Of a stretch of DNA of 64,000 nucleotides, positions 29,630 to 38,899 are shown piece by piece; the stretch's first letter is position 1; each line of letters begins with the position of its first letter. Made by a program: the position numbers and the translations under genes. Source of the stretch: Candidatus Curtissbacteria bacterium RIFCSPHIGHO2_01_FULL_41_11 (GTDB lineage: Bacteria; Patescibacteriota; Microgenomatia; Curtissbacterales; GWA2-41-24). The notes under the pieces are model-generated. The model saw only the letters and a list, made by a program, of their open reading frames with translations. It was not told the DNA's origin and did no database searches. The stretch covers positions 3,984 through 67,983 of the forward strand of contig MFAZ01000043.1 in NCBI GenBank assembly GCA_001776335.1. The letters are read 5' to 3'.

Positions 29630-30901
29630 ATGAATCAAAAAAGATTGTTTGTTTTCATATTGTCTTTGCTTGTTTTTTCTTTCCTTGTTAGGATTTGGCG
29701 AATTTCCGAACCAAACCGATATTATTTCGATGAGGTTTATCATGTGGTAACAGCCCGTGCATATTCACAGAATAATCCTGAAGCGTATGATCCATTTGCT
29801 CCGGCACCCGAAAAGAATACTGCCTTCGATTGGCTTCATCCACCGCTTGCGAAGTTGATTCAGGCCGGATCAATTAAAATTTTTGGCGATAAACCACTTG
29901 GCTGGCGATTACCGAGTGCAATATTTGGGACTGGAATAGTTATTGCTACTTTTTTTCTTGCATCTGCACTTTTTGGACCAACCGTTGCTATTTTTGCATC
30001 ATCTGTGATTGCTTTCGAAAATCTGATTTTCGTTATGTCGCGCATAACCATGAATGATGTATTTGTAACATTTTTTACACTTGTTTCTTTTATCTTTACT
30101 TATTTTTATGTGACTCGTGGGAAAGTGAGGGATTTAGTCTTAACTTGTGTATTCCTGGGGCTAGCTGTTTCATCCAAGTGGTCAGGGGCATATACGATAA
30201 TTGCTTGTTCAGTTTTTATTTTGTGGAGTAAGTTACGAGTAAGGAAATTCGACATTCGATTAATATTTTTAGTTTTGATTCCACCTGCTGTATATCTTTT
30301 AAGCTTCAGTCAATATTGGCTGCAGGGCCATAGTTTTAAACAATTTATTGATTTAAACAAACAAGTCTGGTGGTATCAAAATAGAGAGGATTTGGAACAT
30401 TCTTATGGAACAACTGCACTATGGTGTGCCCCAAAAGGTTTGAACGGTCCCAAAACATGGTGTCCGTGGATTCTGGATGTGCGGGGGGTGTATTTGTCTT
30501 ATGAACAGTATGGTTCAAAAGCGGGATATATCTACGCGATTGGTAATCCGCTAATTTTTTGGTCAGGTGTTCTGGGAGTTTCATTTTGCTTGGGGCTTTT
30601 GATTGAGCAAAGGAAAAAAGAATATGTATTTTTATTGTTGGGCTATTTTATATTTTGGATTCCGTGGATTTTTAGCCCGAGAATCATGTTTCTTTATCAC
30701 TATTTACCGGCAATTCCATTTCTTGCCATCTCGCTCGGGGTTGTGCTTGCCGAAATTTGGAAGACTCGTTTTAAATTTATTTCAATTATTGTGATTGTGA
30801 TTTTTACTGCAGGCTTTTTCTACTTTTATCCAATAACTTCTGGCTGGCCAATTGAGCCAAAGGCGATTGATAGCTTTATGTGGCTCAAGACGTGGCGATG
30901 A
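29630..30901 (+). CDS. Glycosyltransferase family 39 (PMT-like, phospholipid-carrier-dependent) membrane protein
   Basis: 423 aa. YYFDEVYHVVTA and WLHPPLAK loop-1 signature of PMT/GT39, multi-TM. Confidence 0.8.
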   Translation: MNQKRLFVFILSLLVFSFLVRIWRISEPNRYYFDEVYHVVTARAYSQNNPEAYDPFAPAPEKNTAFDWLHPPLAKLIQAGSIKIFGDKPLGWRLPSAIFGTGIVIATFFLASALFGPTVAIFASSVIAFENLIFVMSRITMNDVFVTFFTLVSFIFTYFYVTRGKVRDLVLTCVFLGLAVSSKWSGAYTIIACSVFILWSKLRVRKFDIRLIFLVLIPPAVYLLSFSQYWLQGHSFKQFIDLNKQVWWYQNREDLEHSYGTTALWCAPKGLNGPKTWCPWILDVRGVYLSYEQYGSKAGYIYAIGNPLIFWSGVLGVSFCLGLLIEQRKKEYVFLLLGYFIFWIPWIFSPRIMFLYHYLPAIPFLAISLGVVLAEIWKTRFKFISIIVIVIFTAGFFYFYPITSGWPIEPKAIDSFMWLKTWR

Positions 30902-30902
30902 C

Positions 30903-32090
30903 TTAGTGCACGGCGGTGCGAGGCGTTCCTTTGCGATTAATCAGGTTGTTGAGGATAATCCAGCGGCGTTCTTTTTCGGCGTGAGAAATATCGTCTCTAA
31001 AAGCTTTATGAGCAGCAGTTGTGGGACGATCGGAATATTTGGAGACGTAGGCATATGCAAAATTTACTTCTTTTGCAAGTTTAACCGTACTTTGGAATTG
31101 TTCCTCTGTTTCACCAGGAAAACCCACAATAATATCCGTCGAAATTTGTACATTTGGAATCTTCGTTTTTATTTTTCTTATTAAATTTATGTACTCTTCT
31201 TGGGTATACCATCTGTTCATCCGTTTCAAGACTTCGTCATCTCCTGATTGAACTGCTAGATGAAGGTTTCTGTCTATCTTGGGATTTTTAGCTATGACGC
31301 TGATAAGTTGATCCGAAAAATCCCAAGGATTGGATGATATGAATTTTACAGTTTTAATGCCTTTTATTTTGCATACTTCGTCAAGCAGGTATGGAAAAAG
31401 TGTAGGGATGCGATATTTTCCGAGGTGTTTAACCATGACTGGCTTGACGGTTTTACCGTTTGGTAACTTGTAACCCTGCCTGCCGGCAGGCAGGCCTTTG
31501 CTGTTTTTGACTAAATCTGCCCCATAGGAGTTTACATTTTGACCAAGTAGAGTCACTTCGTAACAACCTTTTTTTGCCAGCTCCTCTATTTCTTCTATTA
31601 CATCTTTAAATGGCCGCGAGATTTCCCTTCCTCTGGTGAACGGTACAACACAAAAAGTGCAGAAGTTGTTGCAACCGTTTGAAATAGGAACCCATGAATG
31701 CGATACATCTTGCCTAAGCGCCGGGTAATCAAAACCTACTTCTTCAAGTGGTAAAAATTCATCGACTTCGGGCATTCTTTTTTGTAAGGCTTTGAGGTAT
31801 TTACCCGTTTCATCTCTGACTGCCATTCCTACCATACAACCGGAAACAACAATTTTGGGCTTAGTCTTTTCCCGCCATTTGGCGGATTTTGCGATGTTTT
31901 TGACAAGACCGGTAACTCTGTCTTCTGCAGACTGCCGGATCATGCAAGTGTTAATAACAACTTCACTTGCATCTTTCATGGTTTTAGAAGGTTTATAACC
32001 ACGAGATTTGTAATAACTGGCAATTCTTTGGCTGTCTGCCAAGTTCTGCTGACAGCCGAATGTCTTGATATAAAAAGTATTAGAGGACAT
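30903..32090 (-). CDS. MiaB/RimO/MtaB family radical-SAM methylthiotransferase
   Basis: 395 aa. N-terminal MTTase domain (IKTFGCQQN), radical SAM CNNFCTFC. Shorter than E. coli MiaB, so the TRAM domain may be reduced. Confidence 0.85.
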   Translation of the reverse strand: MSSNTFYIKTFGCQQNLADSQRIASYYKSRGYKPSKTMKDASEVVINTCMIRQSAEDRVTGLVKNIAKSAKWREKTKPKIVVSGCMVGMAVRDETGKYLKALQKRMPEVDEFLPLEEVGFDYPALRQDVSHSWVPISNGCNNFCTFCVVPFTRGREISRPFKDVIEEIEELAKKGCYEVTLLGQNVNSYGADLVKNSKGLPAGRQGYKLPNGKTVKPVMVKHLGKYRIPTLFPYLLDEVCKIKGIKTVKFISSNPWDFSDQLISVIAKNPKIDRNLHLAVQSGDDEVLKRMNRWYTQEEYINLIRKIKTKIPNVQISTDIIVGFPGETEEQFQSTVKLAKEVNFAYAYVSKYSDRPTTAAHKAFRDDISHAEKERRWIILNNLINRKGTPRTAVH

Positions 32091-32145
32091 TGTTGTATTG
32101 TTAAATTGTTAAATTGTTAAAGAAAGATTTTATCACAACGCAGAA

Positions 32146-32532
32146 CTAGCCAATAATTTTTGGCAGGAAGATTATCAGTCCGATGATTATTGCAGCAGTC
32201 GACAGGATTAGGACTCCGCCTGCTGCGCAATGTTTTGCAAGTCTTATCCTAGGATGGTGTTCGGGGTGAAGAACATCGCCCAATTCCTCAATTCCAGTGT
32301 TAATCGCTTCAGCCCCTAAAACTGCAGATGAGATAAGAATTATATTGAACCATTCGGCAGTAGTAATTCGATACACAAAGCCCAGTACAATAGCCAATAA
32401 TAAGACAGTTGTCTCAATTTTGAAATGTGTACCTTTTTTAAAACTGTAATAAATACCTTCGAATGCAAAGGCGAAGCTTTTAATCTGATGGATAAAAAAT
32501 GGGTCTTTTTTCTTAATTTCAATGGGGTCCAT
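32146..32532 (-). CDS. dgkA: Diacylglycerol kinase / undecaprenol kinase family (DgkA)
   Basis: 128 aa, 3 TM. EGIYYSF ... AEAINTGIEE signature. Confidence 0.85.
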   Translation of the reverse strand: MDPIEIKKKDPFFIHQIKSFAFAFEGIYYSFKKGTHFKIETTVLLLAIVLGFVYRITTAEWFNIILISSAVLGAEAINTGIEELGDVLHPEHHPRIRLAKHCAAGGVLILSTAAIIIGLIIFLPKIIG

Positions 32533-32619
32533 TATTCAATTTTAGCATTATTGTGAGGTAAATTTGCCTTGACTTTCGAGGCTAAAAGTAGTATATCTAG
32601 GGTTTGAAAGGGTTATAAA

Positions 32620-32958
32620 ATGCCAGAACAAAAGAATAAGGAAAAAGTACTTATTGGTCAAGTTACCGAAACAAGCAGTGCTGATTCCTTTATAGCGAGA
32701 GACTTGCAGGAGAGAAAAGAAGAATACTACGCAACCAGTGGTAAGACGCTAACGGCTAGTCCGGTTGGGCAATCCAATTCGCCAGGCCAAATTGGCATTT
32801 TAAAACCAGGTTCCTATACATCCGGTCATGCCTCAACTGAAGAAAATCGCCCAGTTCAGACCGGTGGGGTGGTAATTGATTTTAGTAATTTTAAAGAAAA
32901 CGCTTCGGGCGTCGGTCGAGAACTTGTTGCAGACAGGCAGAATAGAAAAGCTGCGTAG
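32620..32958 (+). CDS. Hypothetical soluble protein (112 aa)
   Basis: Plus-strand ORF with a plausible TTGACT-17-TATATC promoter and AAAGGG SD upstream. No recognisable domain. Confidence 0.4.
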   Translation: MPEQKNKEKVLIGQVTETSSADSFIARDLQERKEEYYATSGKTLTASPVGQSNSPGQIGILKPGSYTSGHASTEENRPVQTGGVVIDFSNFKENASGVGRELVADRQNRKAA

Positions 32959-32985
32959 TATAAGCTTCCTTATTATATTAGAGAT

Positions 32986-33258
32986 TTACTTGATTAACCT
33001 TCTGAGGGTTTTGCCTGCTGTGAATCCGGGAAGTTTGTGTGCAGAAATCTGAATGGCCCCGCCGGTTTGAGGATTTCTTCCTTTTCTAGTGGCTCTGGTT
33101 CTGACTTTGAAAGTACCGAATCCTGTAATTACGACCTTGTCCCCTTTTAAAAGTGCTTCTCTGATGGAGCCAAAAACTGAGTTGACAGCATCGAATCCTG
33201 CTTTTTTGGTAAGGCCAACTTTTTTTGCTACTCTTTCTGCCAGTTCGTTTTTTGTCAT
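32986..33258 (-). CDS. hup: HU family DNA-binding protein
   Basis: 90 aa. GFGTFKVRTRATRKGRNPQTG arm. Confidence 0.9.
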   Translation of the reverse strand: MTKNELAERVAKKVGLTKKAGFDAVNSVFGSIREALLKGDKVVITGFGTFKVRTRATRKGRNPQTGGAIQISAHKLPGFTAGKTLRRLIK

Positions 33259-33290
33259 AAATTATTTTGGTAAGGGGGATTATATCTCAA

Positions 33291-34772
33291 TTATTTTGCT
33301 ATGTCTACAGCTCTGGTTTCGCGAATTACAGTCACGGCAATTTGGCCGGGATAGGTGAGTTCTTTTTCCAACCTTTCTTTAATATCGTGAGCTAAATTTA
33401 TAATGCCCGAATCGTCCAAGATTTCCGGGTTAACAATAACTCTAATTTCGCGGCCAGCCTGTATCGCGTATGCTTTGTCTACACCTGGGAAGCTTGTTGC
33501 TATTTTTTCTATCTCTGTTAGCCTTTTTATGTACTGTTCAACCGGTTCGTGACGAGCTCCGGGACGGGCCCCGGAAACTGAGTCTGCGAGATGTACAATT
33601 ATGGACTCAATGCTTGAAAATGGTTCATCCTCGTGGTGTTGGGCGATGCAATCTATTACTTCCTGAGGGAAATTCCATCTTTTTGCTAGTTCGACTCCCA
33701 GCTGGACGTGGGTGCCTTCTTTATCCATTTGAGTTTTGCCTATATCATGGAAAAGACCCCCTGTTGCAGCGATTGTGGTATTAGCACCTAATTCTTCTGC
33801 CAATTTTTTTGCAATTTTGCCTGTTTCCAGACATGCAATAAGCTGGTTTTGCCCGTATGAGTAGCGAAATTTCAACCTACCGAGCGTGTCAAGTGTTTCC
33901 TGGGGAAGATTATAAAGACCGAGTTCGTGTGCAGCTTTTCTCCCGGCTTCGGACATATCTCTATCTACCAGTTCTTTAGCTTTTTCAACAAGCTGTTCGA
34001 TTCTTGTGGGTTGGATGCGGGCATCTTTTACCAACCACTCCAAAGCAATTCTTGCGACCTCTCTCCGTACAGGATCAAAAGAGGATAACCTAACCTCTCC
34101 CGCTACTTCACTGTCAAGTTCTACGTCTACGCCAGTGGCAAGCTCAAAAGCTCTTATGTTTCTGCCTTCTTTTCCTATAATCCTGCCTTTAATCTCTTCT
34201 GACTCAAGTCTGATTGTGGTTACTGTATATTCGGCGACCCAATCGGTGGCGCCTGCAATCATGGAGTTCACTAGGATTTCTTTCGCTCTTTCGTCCGAGG
34301 CTTCTTTAACTTTTTCTTCTGCTTCTTTTATTCTTTTAGCAATTTCGCCGGAAAGCTCCTTTTCGACATTCTCAAGAATTATTTTCTTGGCTTCATCTCT
34401 TGTTGTTGAAGTTACTTTTGAAAGTTTTGAAATTAAGTCTTCTCTTATTTTTACCAGTTCCTGTTCCTTTTTGACGTAGGATGCTTTAGCTTGCGCTATT
34501 TCTTTTTCTTGATTTTCGATTTTAGTTATTTTGTCTTCGAAGACCTGTGCTTTTTGAGCAATATTCTTTTCAATTTCCAAGGACTCTTCGCGTAATTTTC
34601 TCGCCTCTTCTTCTGCTGCTTTTTTAATTCTATAAGCCTCATCTCTTGCGTCTTGAATTATCTCTCTGGCTTGCGATGTTGGATCTTGGGAGGATTTTTG
34701 AACGTTACCCACAGAAACGACTACCTTTGTGGGCGAATCAGTATTTTGAGGATCTGAAAAAGATCTTTTCAT
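33291..34772 (-). CDS. rny: Ribonuclease Y
   Basis: 493 aa. Coiled coil, KH domain (GKEGRNIRAFELATGVD) and HD domain (HDIGK ... HHEDEP). Confidence 0.85.
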   Translation of the reverse strand: MKRSFSDPQNTDSPTKVVVSVGNVQKSSQDPTSQAREIIQDARDEAYRIKKAAEEEARKLREESLEIEKNIAQKAQVFEDKITKIENQEKEIAQAKASYVKKEQELVKIREDLISKLSKVTSTTRDEAKKIILENVEKELSGEIAKRIKEAEEKVKEASDERAKEILVNSMIAGATDWVAEYTVTTIRLESEEIKGRIIGKEGRNIRAFELATGVDVELDSEVAGEVRLSSFDPVRREVARIALEWLVKDARIQPTRIEQLVEKAKELVDRDMSEAGRKAAHELGLYNLPQETLDTLGRLKFRYSYGQNQLIACLETGKIAKKLAEELGANTTIAATGGLFHDIGKTQMDKEGTHVQLGVELAKRWNFPQEVIDCIAQHHEDEPFSSIESIIVHLADSVSGARPGARHEPVEQYIKRLTEIEKIATSFPGVDKAYAIQAGREIRVIVNPEILDDSGIINLAHDIKERLEKELTYPGQIAVTVIRETRAVDIAK

Positions 34773-34909
34773 CTTATATTTAAATCCAAAAGGAGAAAAC
34801 CCGCTTTGGGGTTATGAAGCTTTAATTAAATATTTACTTGTTTTCTCGATAATCTCGGGAAAAATCATATCTAAAACTTACTCCTAATGGTGTTTTTCTC
34901 AAGAAAATT

Positions 34910-35566
34910 CTACCGCTTATTGGAAAATATTGCAAATACCTCTTTAATGGTTTCAAAATCAAAGCCTTTTGAAATTAAATATTGGTAAATTTTCTTTTTT
35001 AAGTCAAGATTTGACAAATTTTGCCAACTTTTAATTTTCTTTTGGAGAGCTTTTTTTGCATATTCTGTTTCTTTATCAGATTTTGAAAGCAAATTTTCAA
35101 TTATACTATCTGAAATACCTTTTTTTCTCAGCTCAAGTTTTAATAATCTTGATCCTCTGGGTCTGCTTCTCAATCTGGATTCCACATACCATTTTGCAAA
35201 TTCCAAGTCATTTATGTAGCTGTATTTTTTTAATTTTGAAATAATTTTTTCTATGAGTGGACTTTCCGATGCCTGGTTGAATTTTACGTTTTCCCTGACT
35301 GCTATTTTTTTTATTAAGTGATCCCTTACTTCTTTTTCACTTCTTTGCCTGAAGGAAAGAAAGTTGGTGGCAATTTCAGTAAGTTTTGAGAGTTGTTCGC
35401 GGACCAATATTTTGGAAATCTCATCTTCGGTTAAGATTTTGCCAACTTTCAAATTATTTTCTAGAAGACTTTGGTCACTAATTCCAAAAGCAAATTTCCC
35501 ATCAAGAAAAATGTTAAATCTTGAAGTGTTCTTTTTTTGTGGTTCGATTAAAGAAATTTTGGGCAC
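34910..35566 (-). CDS. recX: Regulatory protein RecX
   Basis: 218 aa helical-repeat protein immediately downstream of recA. Confidence 0.75.
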   Translation of the reverse strand: MPKISLIEPQKKNTSRFNIFLDGKFAFGISDQSLLENNLKVGKILTEDEISKILVREQLSKLTEIATNFLSFRQRSEKEVRDHLIKKIAVRENVKFNQASESPLIEKIISKLKKYSYINDLEFAKWYVESRLRSRPRGSRLLKLELRKKGISDSIIENLLSKSDKETEYAKKALQKKIKSWQNLSNLDLKKKIYQYLISKGFDFETIKEVFAIFSNKR

Positions 35567-35571
35567 TAAAC

Positions 35572-36648
35572 TTATGCAGCGAGTGTTTCTGGAAGTTCTT
35601 CTTCTTCGTGGTCCTCTTTGCCTATGTTGTTTGTAACTTTAACCGGCCGAGAGGTGCTCTTTTTCATTTTTGTCCAAATTTCTTTTTCCAGGGCTGCCGC
35701 TTCTTTTTTGTGTTCCAAAATATATGCTTTGGCGCTTTCCCGTCCTTGTCCAATTAATTTTGCGCCCATCCTGAAAAATGCCCCTGATTTTGTTATAAGA
35801 CCAAGTTCGACTGCAACATCCAAAAGTCCTGCTTCTTTTGACATGCCTTCTTCACTCATAATATCGAACTCTGCAATTCTGAATGGTGGAGCAACTTTAT
35901 TTTTGACAACTTTTACCCGGTGCCGGGAACCGACAACCTTTTCTCCTTCTTTTATGTTTTCGATTCTTCTGATATCGAGACGGATCGAGGAATAAAATTT
36001 GAGAGCACGTCCACCCGGGGTTGTTTCCGGGTTGCCAAACATAACACCAATTTTTTCGCGCAGTTGGTTTGTAAATATTGCGACCGTTTTGGATTTGGAA
36101 ATTGCACCGGTTAGCTTTCGCAGGGCTTGTGACATAAGTCTTGCCTGAACCCCCATCATTGAATCTCCCATTTCCCCTTCTATCTCTGCACGTGGTACAA
36201 GAGCGGCGACTGAATCAATAACGATTACGTCAATCGCGCCTGAGCGGATTAAGGTTTCTGTGATTTCAAGTGCCTGCTCACCGGTATCGGGTTGAGAAAT
36301 GAGAAGATCATCGAGGTTGACTCCCATTTTTTGAGCCCACAGGGGGTCAAGTGCATGCTCTGCATCAATTAGCGCCGCGCTTCCGCCGTTTTTTTGAGCT
36401 TGAGCGATTATCGAAAGACAAAGGGAAGTTTTCCCAGATGCTTCCGGTCCGAAGATTTCGATTATTCTGCCTCTTGGAAGACCGCCAACTCCAAGAGCCA
36501 GATCTACGGGAACAGAACCGGTTGAGATAACATCTACTCCCAGCTTGCCCACAGAATCTCCCATCTTCATGATGGAGCCTTTCCCGTAAGCTTTTTCTAT
36601 TTGGGAAATGGCAGTCAAAATTGCTTGTTTCTTTGCGTCAGAACTCAT
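35572..36648 (-). CDS. recA: Recombinase RecA
   Basis: 358 aa. GPEASGKT Walker A and the highly conserved RecA core. Confidence 0.97.
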   Translation of the reverse strand: MSSDAKKQAILTAISQIEKAYGKGSIMKMGDSVGKLGVDVISTGSVPVDLALGVGGLPRGRIIEIFGPEASGKTSLCLSIIAQAQKNGGSAALIDAEHALDPLWAQKMGVNLDDLLISQPDTGEQALEITETLIRSGAIDVIVIDSVAALVPRAEIEGEMGDSMMGVQARLMSQALRKLTGAISKSKTVAIFTNQLREKIGVMFGNPETTPGGRALKFYSSIRLDIRRIENIKEGEKVVGSRHRVKVVKNKVAPPFRIAEFDIMSEEGMSKEAGLLDVAVELGLITKSGAFFRMGAKLIGQGRESAKAYILEHKKEAAALEKEIWTKMKKSTSRPVKVTNNIGKEDHEEEELPETLAA

Positions 36649-36766
36649 GTGGGGGCAGAGGCCAAGTTATTATTACAATAGTTTTTATGAAATTACAAGT
36701 GACACTTATTATACTATCCGAATATTACCCGAATATCAACAGCCACGTGTTAAAATAATAATTCAC

Positions 36767-36837
36767 CGGGGAGTAGTATAGTGGTAATACGCGCCGCTGG
36801 GGGTGGTGTATCGGGAGTTCGATTCTCCCCTCCCCGA
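36767..36837 (+). tRNA. tRNA-Pro (anticodon GGG)
   Basis: Manual cloverleaf. Acceptor CGGGGAG/CTCCCCG, D arm GTAT-AGTGGTA-ATAC, anticodon stem CGCCG/TGGTG with loop CTGGGGG, T arm GGGAG-TTCGATT-CTCCC, discriminator A. CCA is not encoded. Confidence 0.8.
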
Positions 36838-36884
36838 CACTCGGATTTGACAAAGGATATTTAAAAAGTGTTAGATATACAAAG

Positions 36885-37337
36885 ATGAAATTTTTGGAAA
36901 AGCTTCCTTTTTTTGGCAAAAAACAGTCACCAGCAGAAAATCTGCAGCCGGCTTCTCCTGCTCCGGGAAGTCCTGAAGCAAAACAGGCGACAGCAAACAT
37001 ACTTGCGCAAAACCTGGCAAATCTAGAAAACAATGCTGCAATGGCAAAGGAGTCTGGAGTAGCAAGTACTGACGCATCAACAATTTCTGCACTTGAACAA
37101 AAGCTCGCGGAAGGTGGTGTAACACCAACTGTAAATCCTGATGTTAAGAAAGCGGAGTTCAGCACGCCACCACCCCTACCGGTGACCTTCGGTCAGGTGG
37201 AAGGTCCAAAACCGAGCGCGGCTACAGTAGAAAGTTTGACTGCAGAAGTTACAAAACTGGCACAGGCGGATGCCGAATCAGAAGCGACTGCGAGCATTCC
37301 ACCAAAACCCGTTTCTACTCTAGATAAAGCTGCTTAG
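36885..37337 (+). CDS. Ala/Pro/Glu-rich low-complexity (probably disordered) protein, hypothetical
   Basis: 150 aa. A TTGACA box at 36849, about 30 nt upstream of the start, gives a near-leaderless start. The competing minus ORF 36725..37165 overlaps the tRNA and is rejected. Confidence 0.35.
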   Translation: MKFLEKLPFFGKKQSPAENLQPASPAPGSPEAKQATANILAQNLANLENNAAMAKESGVASTDASTISALEQKLAEGGVTPTVNPDVKKAEFSTPPPLPVTFGQVEGPKPSAATVESLTAEVTKLAQADAESEATASIPPKPVSTLDKAA

Positions 37338-37346
37338 AAAATTAAA

Positions 37347-37574
37347 TTAAATTTCTATAGTAGAGTTTTCTCGAAGATTTATTTTTGGGGGTAATACTGC
37401 TTCGAGTAAAAATGCTTGTTCGTATTGTCGACCAGTTTTTTCATCGCAGAATTCCACATTTGAACTTTGTGAATCCGCTTCTATCTTACGATTGAGATCG
37501 GTCTTTTGTATTGCAAACCCGACTCCAGTGATTATACCTACAATTGATAGTGTGCTTAAAACTTCTCTTCTCAC
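37347..37574 (-). CDS. Small single-TM protein translationally coupled to rpsI (GTG start overlapping the rpsI TAG)
   Basis: 75 aa, one TM helix (LSTLSIVGIITGVGFAI). Confidence 0.3.
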   Translation of the reverse strand: MRREVLSTLSIVGIITGVGFAIQKTDLNRKIEADSQSSNVEFCDEKTGRQYEQAFLLEAVLPPKINLRENSTIEI

Positions 37575-38017
37575 TAACGCTTTGGGCTTTGTTTGCCTTT
37601 CCGGGCTTTTTGGGCTCTTCCGTATTTTCGACGTTCCTTAACCCTTGGGTCACGTGTCAATAATCCTGCTTTTTTAAGAGCTGGGCGGAATGCCGGGTCT
37701 GCTTCTGTGAGGGCATGCGCTATTCCGTGTATGGCCGCTTCCAACTGACTGTTTTTGCCGGATCCTGAAATATTGATAGTCGCATAGTATGATTCCTGCG
37801 TTTTTGTGAGAACAAAAGGTTTTTGCAATTTAACTTTAGAAGTCGGCCCGGGGAAATATTTTTCAGCGGGTTTAGAGTTTACTGTAAGATCCCCTTTTCC
37901 TTTGAACAGTCTGACTCTTGCTGTTGCTTCTTTTCGCCTGCCATGGGAGCTAACGTAGTCCTTTTTTGGTTTCTTATCTGTTGCTTGTTTTTTTGTACTT
38001 TCTTCTTGATCTGCCAT
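37574..38017 (-). CDS. rpsI: 30S ribosomal protein S9
   Basis: Start trimmed to MADQEE, which overlaps the rplM stop (TAAAATG). GRRKEATARV and C-terminal ...SPKR. Confidence 0.9.
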   Translation of the reverse strand: MADQEESTKKQATDKKPKKDYVSSHGRRKEATARVRLFKGKGDLTVNSKPAEKYFPGPTSKVKLQKPFVLTKTQESYYATINISGSGKNSQLEAAIHGIAHALTEADPAFRPALKKAGLLTRDPRVKERRKYGRAQKARKGKQSPKR

Positions 38018-38018
38018 T

Positions 38019-38429
38019 TTATTGTTTGAATTTGTCTTTGTAAGCATGTTCTTTTTCCGGATAAATAAAAAGTTTTCTCATCATCTCTTTACCAATTTTA
38101 TTTTTGGGCAGCATACCCACAACGCTATGTCTCAGGAGCTCTTGGGGTTTTTGTTTTCTGACTTCTGCCGCCGTTTTTGATTTAAGACCTCCGGGATAGC
38201 CGGAGTGATGATAATAGATTTTTTGGTTTTCTTTCTTGCCTGAAAGTTTTATTTTTGAGGTGTTTATGACTACAATATTATCTCCGCAATCCAAATGAGG
38301 AGTGTAATATGGCTTATTTTTACCCATCAAAATTGTGGCAATTTTGGTGGAAAGCCTGCCGAGAACTTCATCTTTTGCATCTATAAGATGCCATTTTCTT
38401 GTTATGTCTTTTGGTTTAATGTTTTTCAT
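38019..38429 (-). CDS. rplM: 50S ribosomal protein L13
   Basis: 136 aa. WHLIDAKDEVLGRLST motif. Confidence 0.95.
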   Translation of the reverse strand: MKNIKPKDITRKWHLIDAKDEVLGRLSTKIATILMGKNKPYYTPHLDCGDNIVVINTSKIKLSGKKENQKIYYHHSGYPGGLKSKTAAEVRKQKPQELLRHSVVGMLPKNKIGKEMMRKLFIYPEKEHAYKDKFKQ

Positions 38430-38461
38430 GTATACGCTGATTTTACTGATTTAGGTTGATT

Positions 38462-38899
38462 TTAATGATGATGCGACTTACTTTGTTTTCTAGCAACCGA
38501 TTTCTTTTGAATACTCTCAACTGTTAGTGGTTTTTCTGTTTTCTTTCCAACCTTTATGAGTTCTAATCTTGCCATAGGGGCAGCATCTCCGCGACGAGGC
38601 GCAAGCTTAATGATACGAGAATAACCACCTGCCCTGTCTTTGAAAGAAGGTGCGATTTCTTTTGTCAATTTTTGAAATGCCGGACTTGACAGCTTGTTTG
38701 CGATTATTCGTTTTTGGGCTAAACCGTTTTTCCTTGCTACTGTTATCAACTTCTCGACATAAGCTCTAGCAAACTTCGCTTTTGCCAGTGTAGTGGTTAG
38801 GCGCCCACTGGCAATAAGTGAGCTCGCCAAGTTTCCGAGAAGCGCTTGTCTCGCATTGGTATCTCTTCCAAGCTTGCGACCAAATACTGCGTGTCTCAC
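38462..38899 (-). CDS. rplQ: 50S ribosomal protein L17
   Basis: 145 aa. MRHAVFGRKLGRDTNARQAL. Confidence 0.95.
   Translation of the reverse strand: MRHAVFGRKLGRDTNARQALLGNLASSLIASGRLTTTLAKAKFARAYVEKLITVARKNGLAQKRIIANKLSSPAFQKLTKEIAPSFKDRAGGYSRIIKLAPRRGDAAPMARLELIKVGKKTEKPLTVESIQKKSVARKQSKSHHH

Noticed and set aside
36725-37165. 146-aa minus-strand ORF from the track
   Set aside because: It overlaps tRNA-Pro on the opposite strand and has no start context. The plus-strand ORF with a TTGACA box is preferred.
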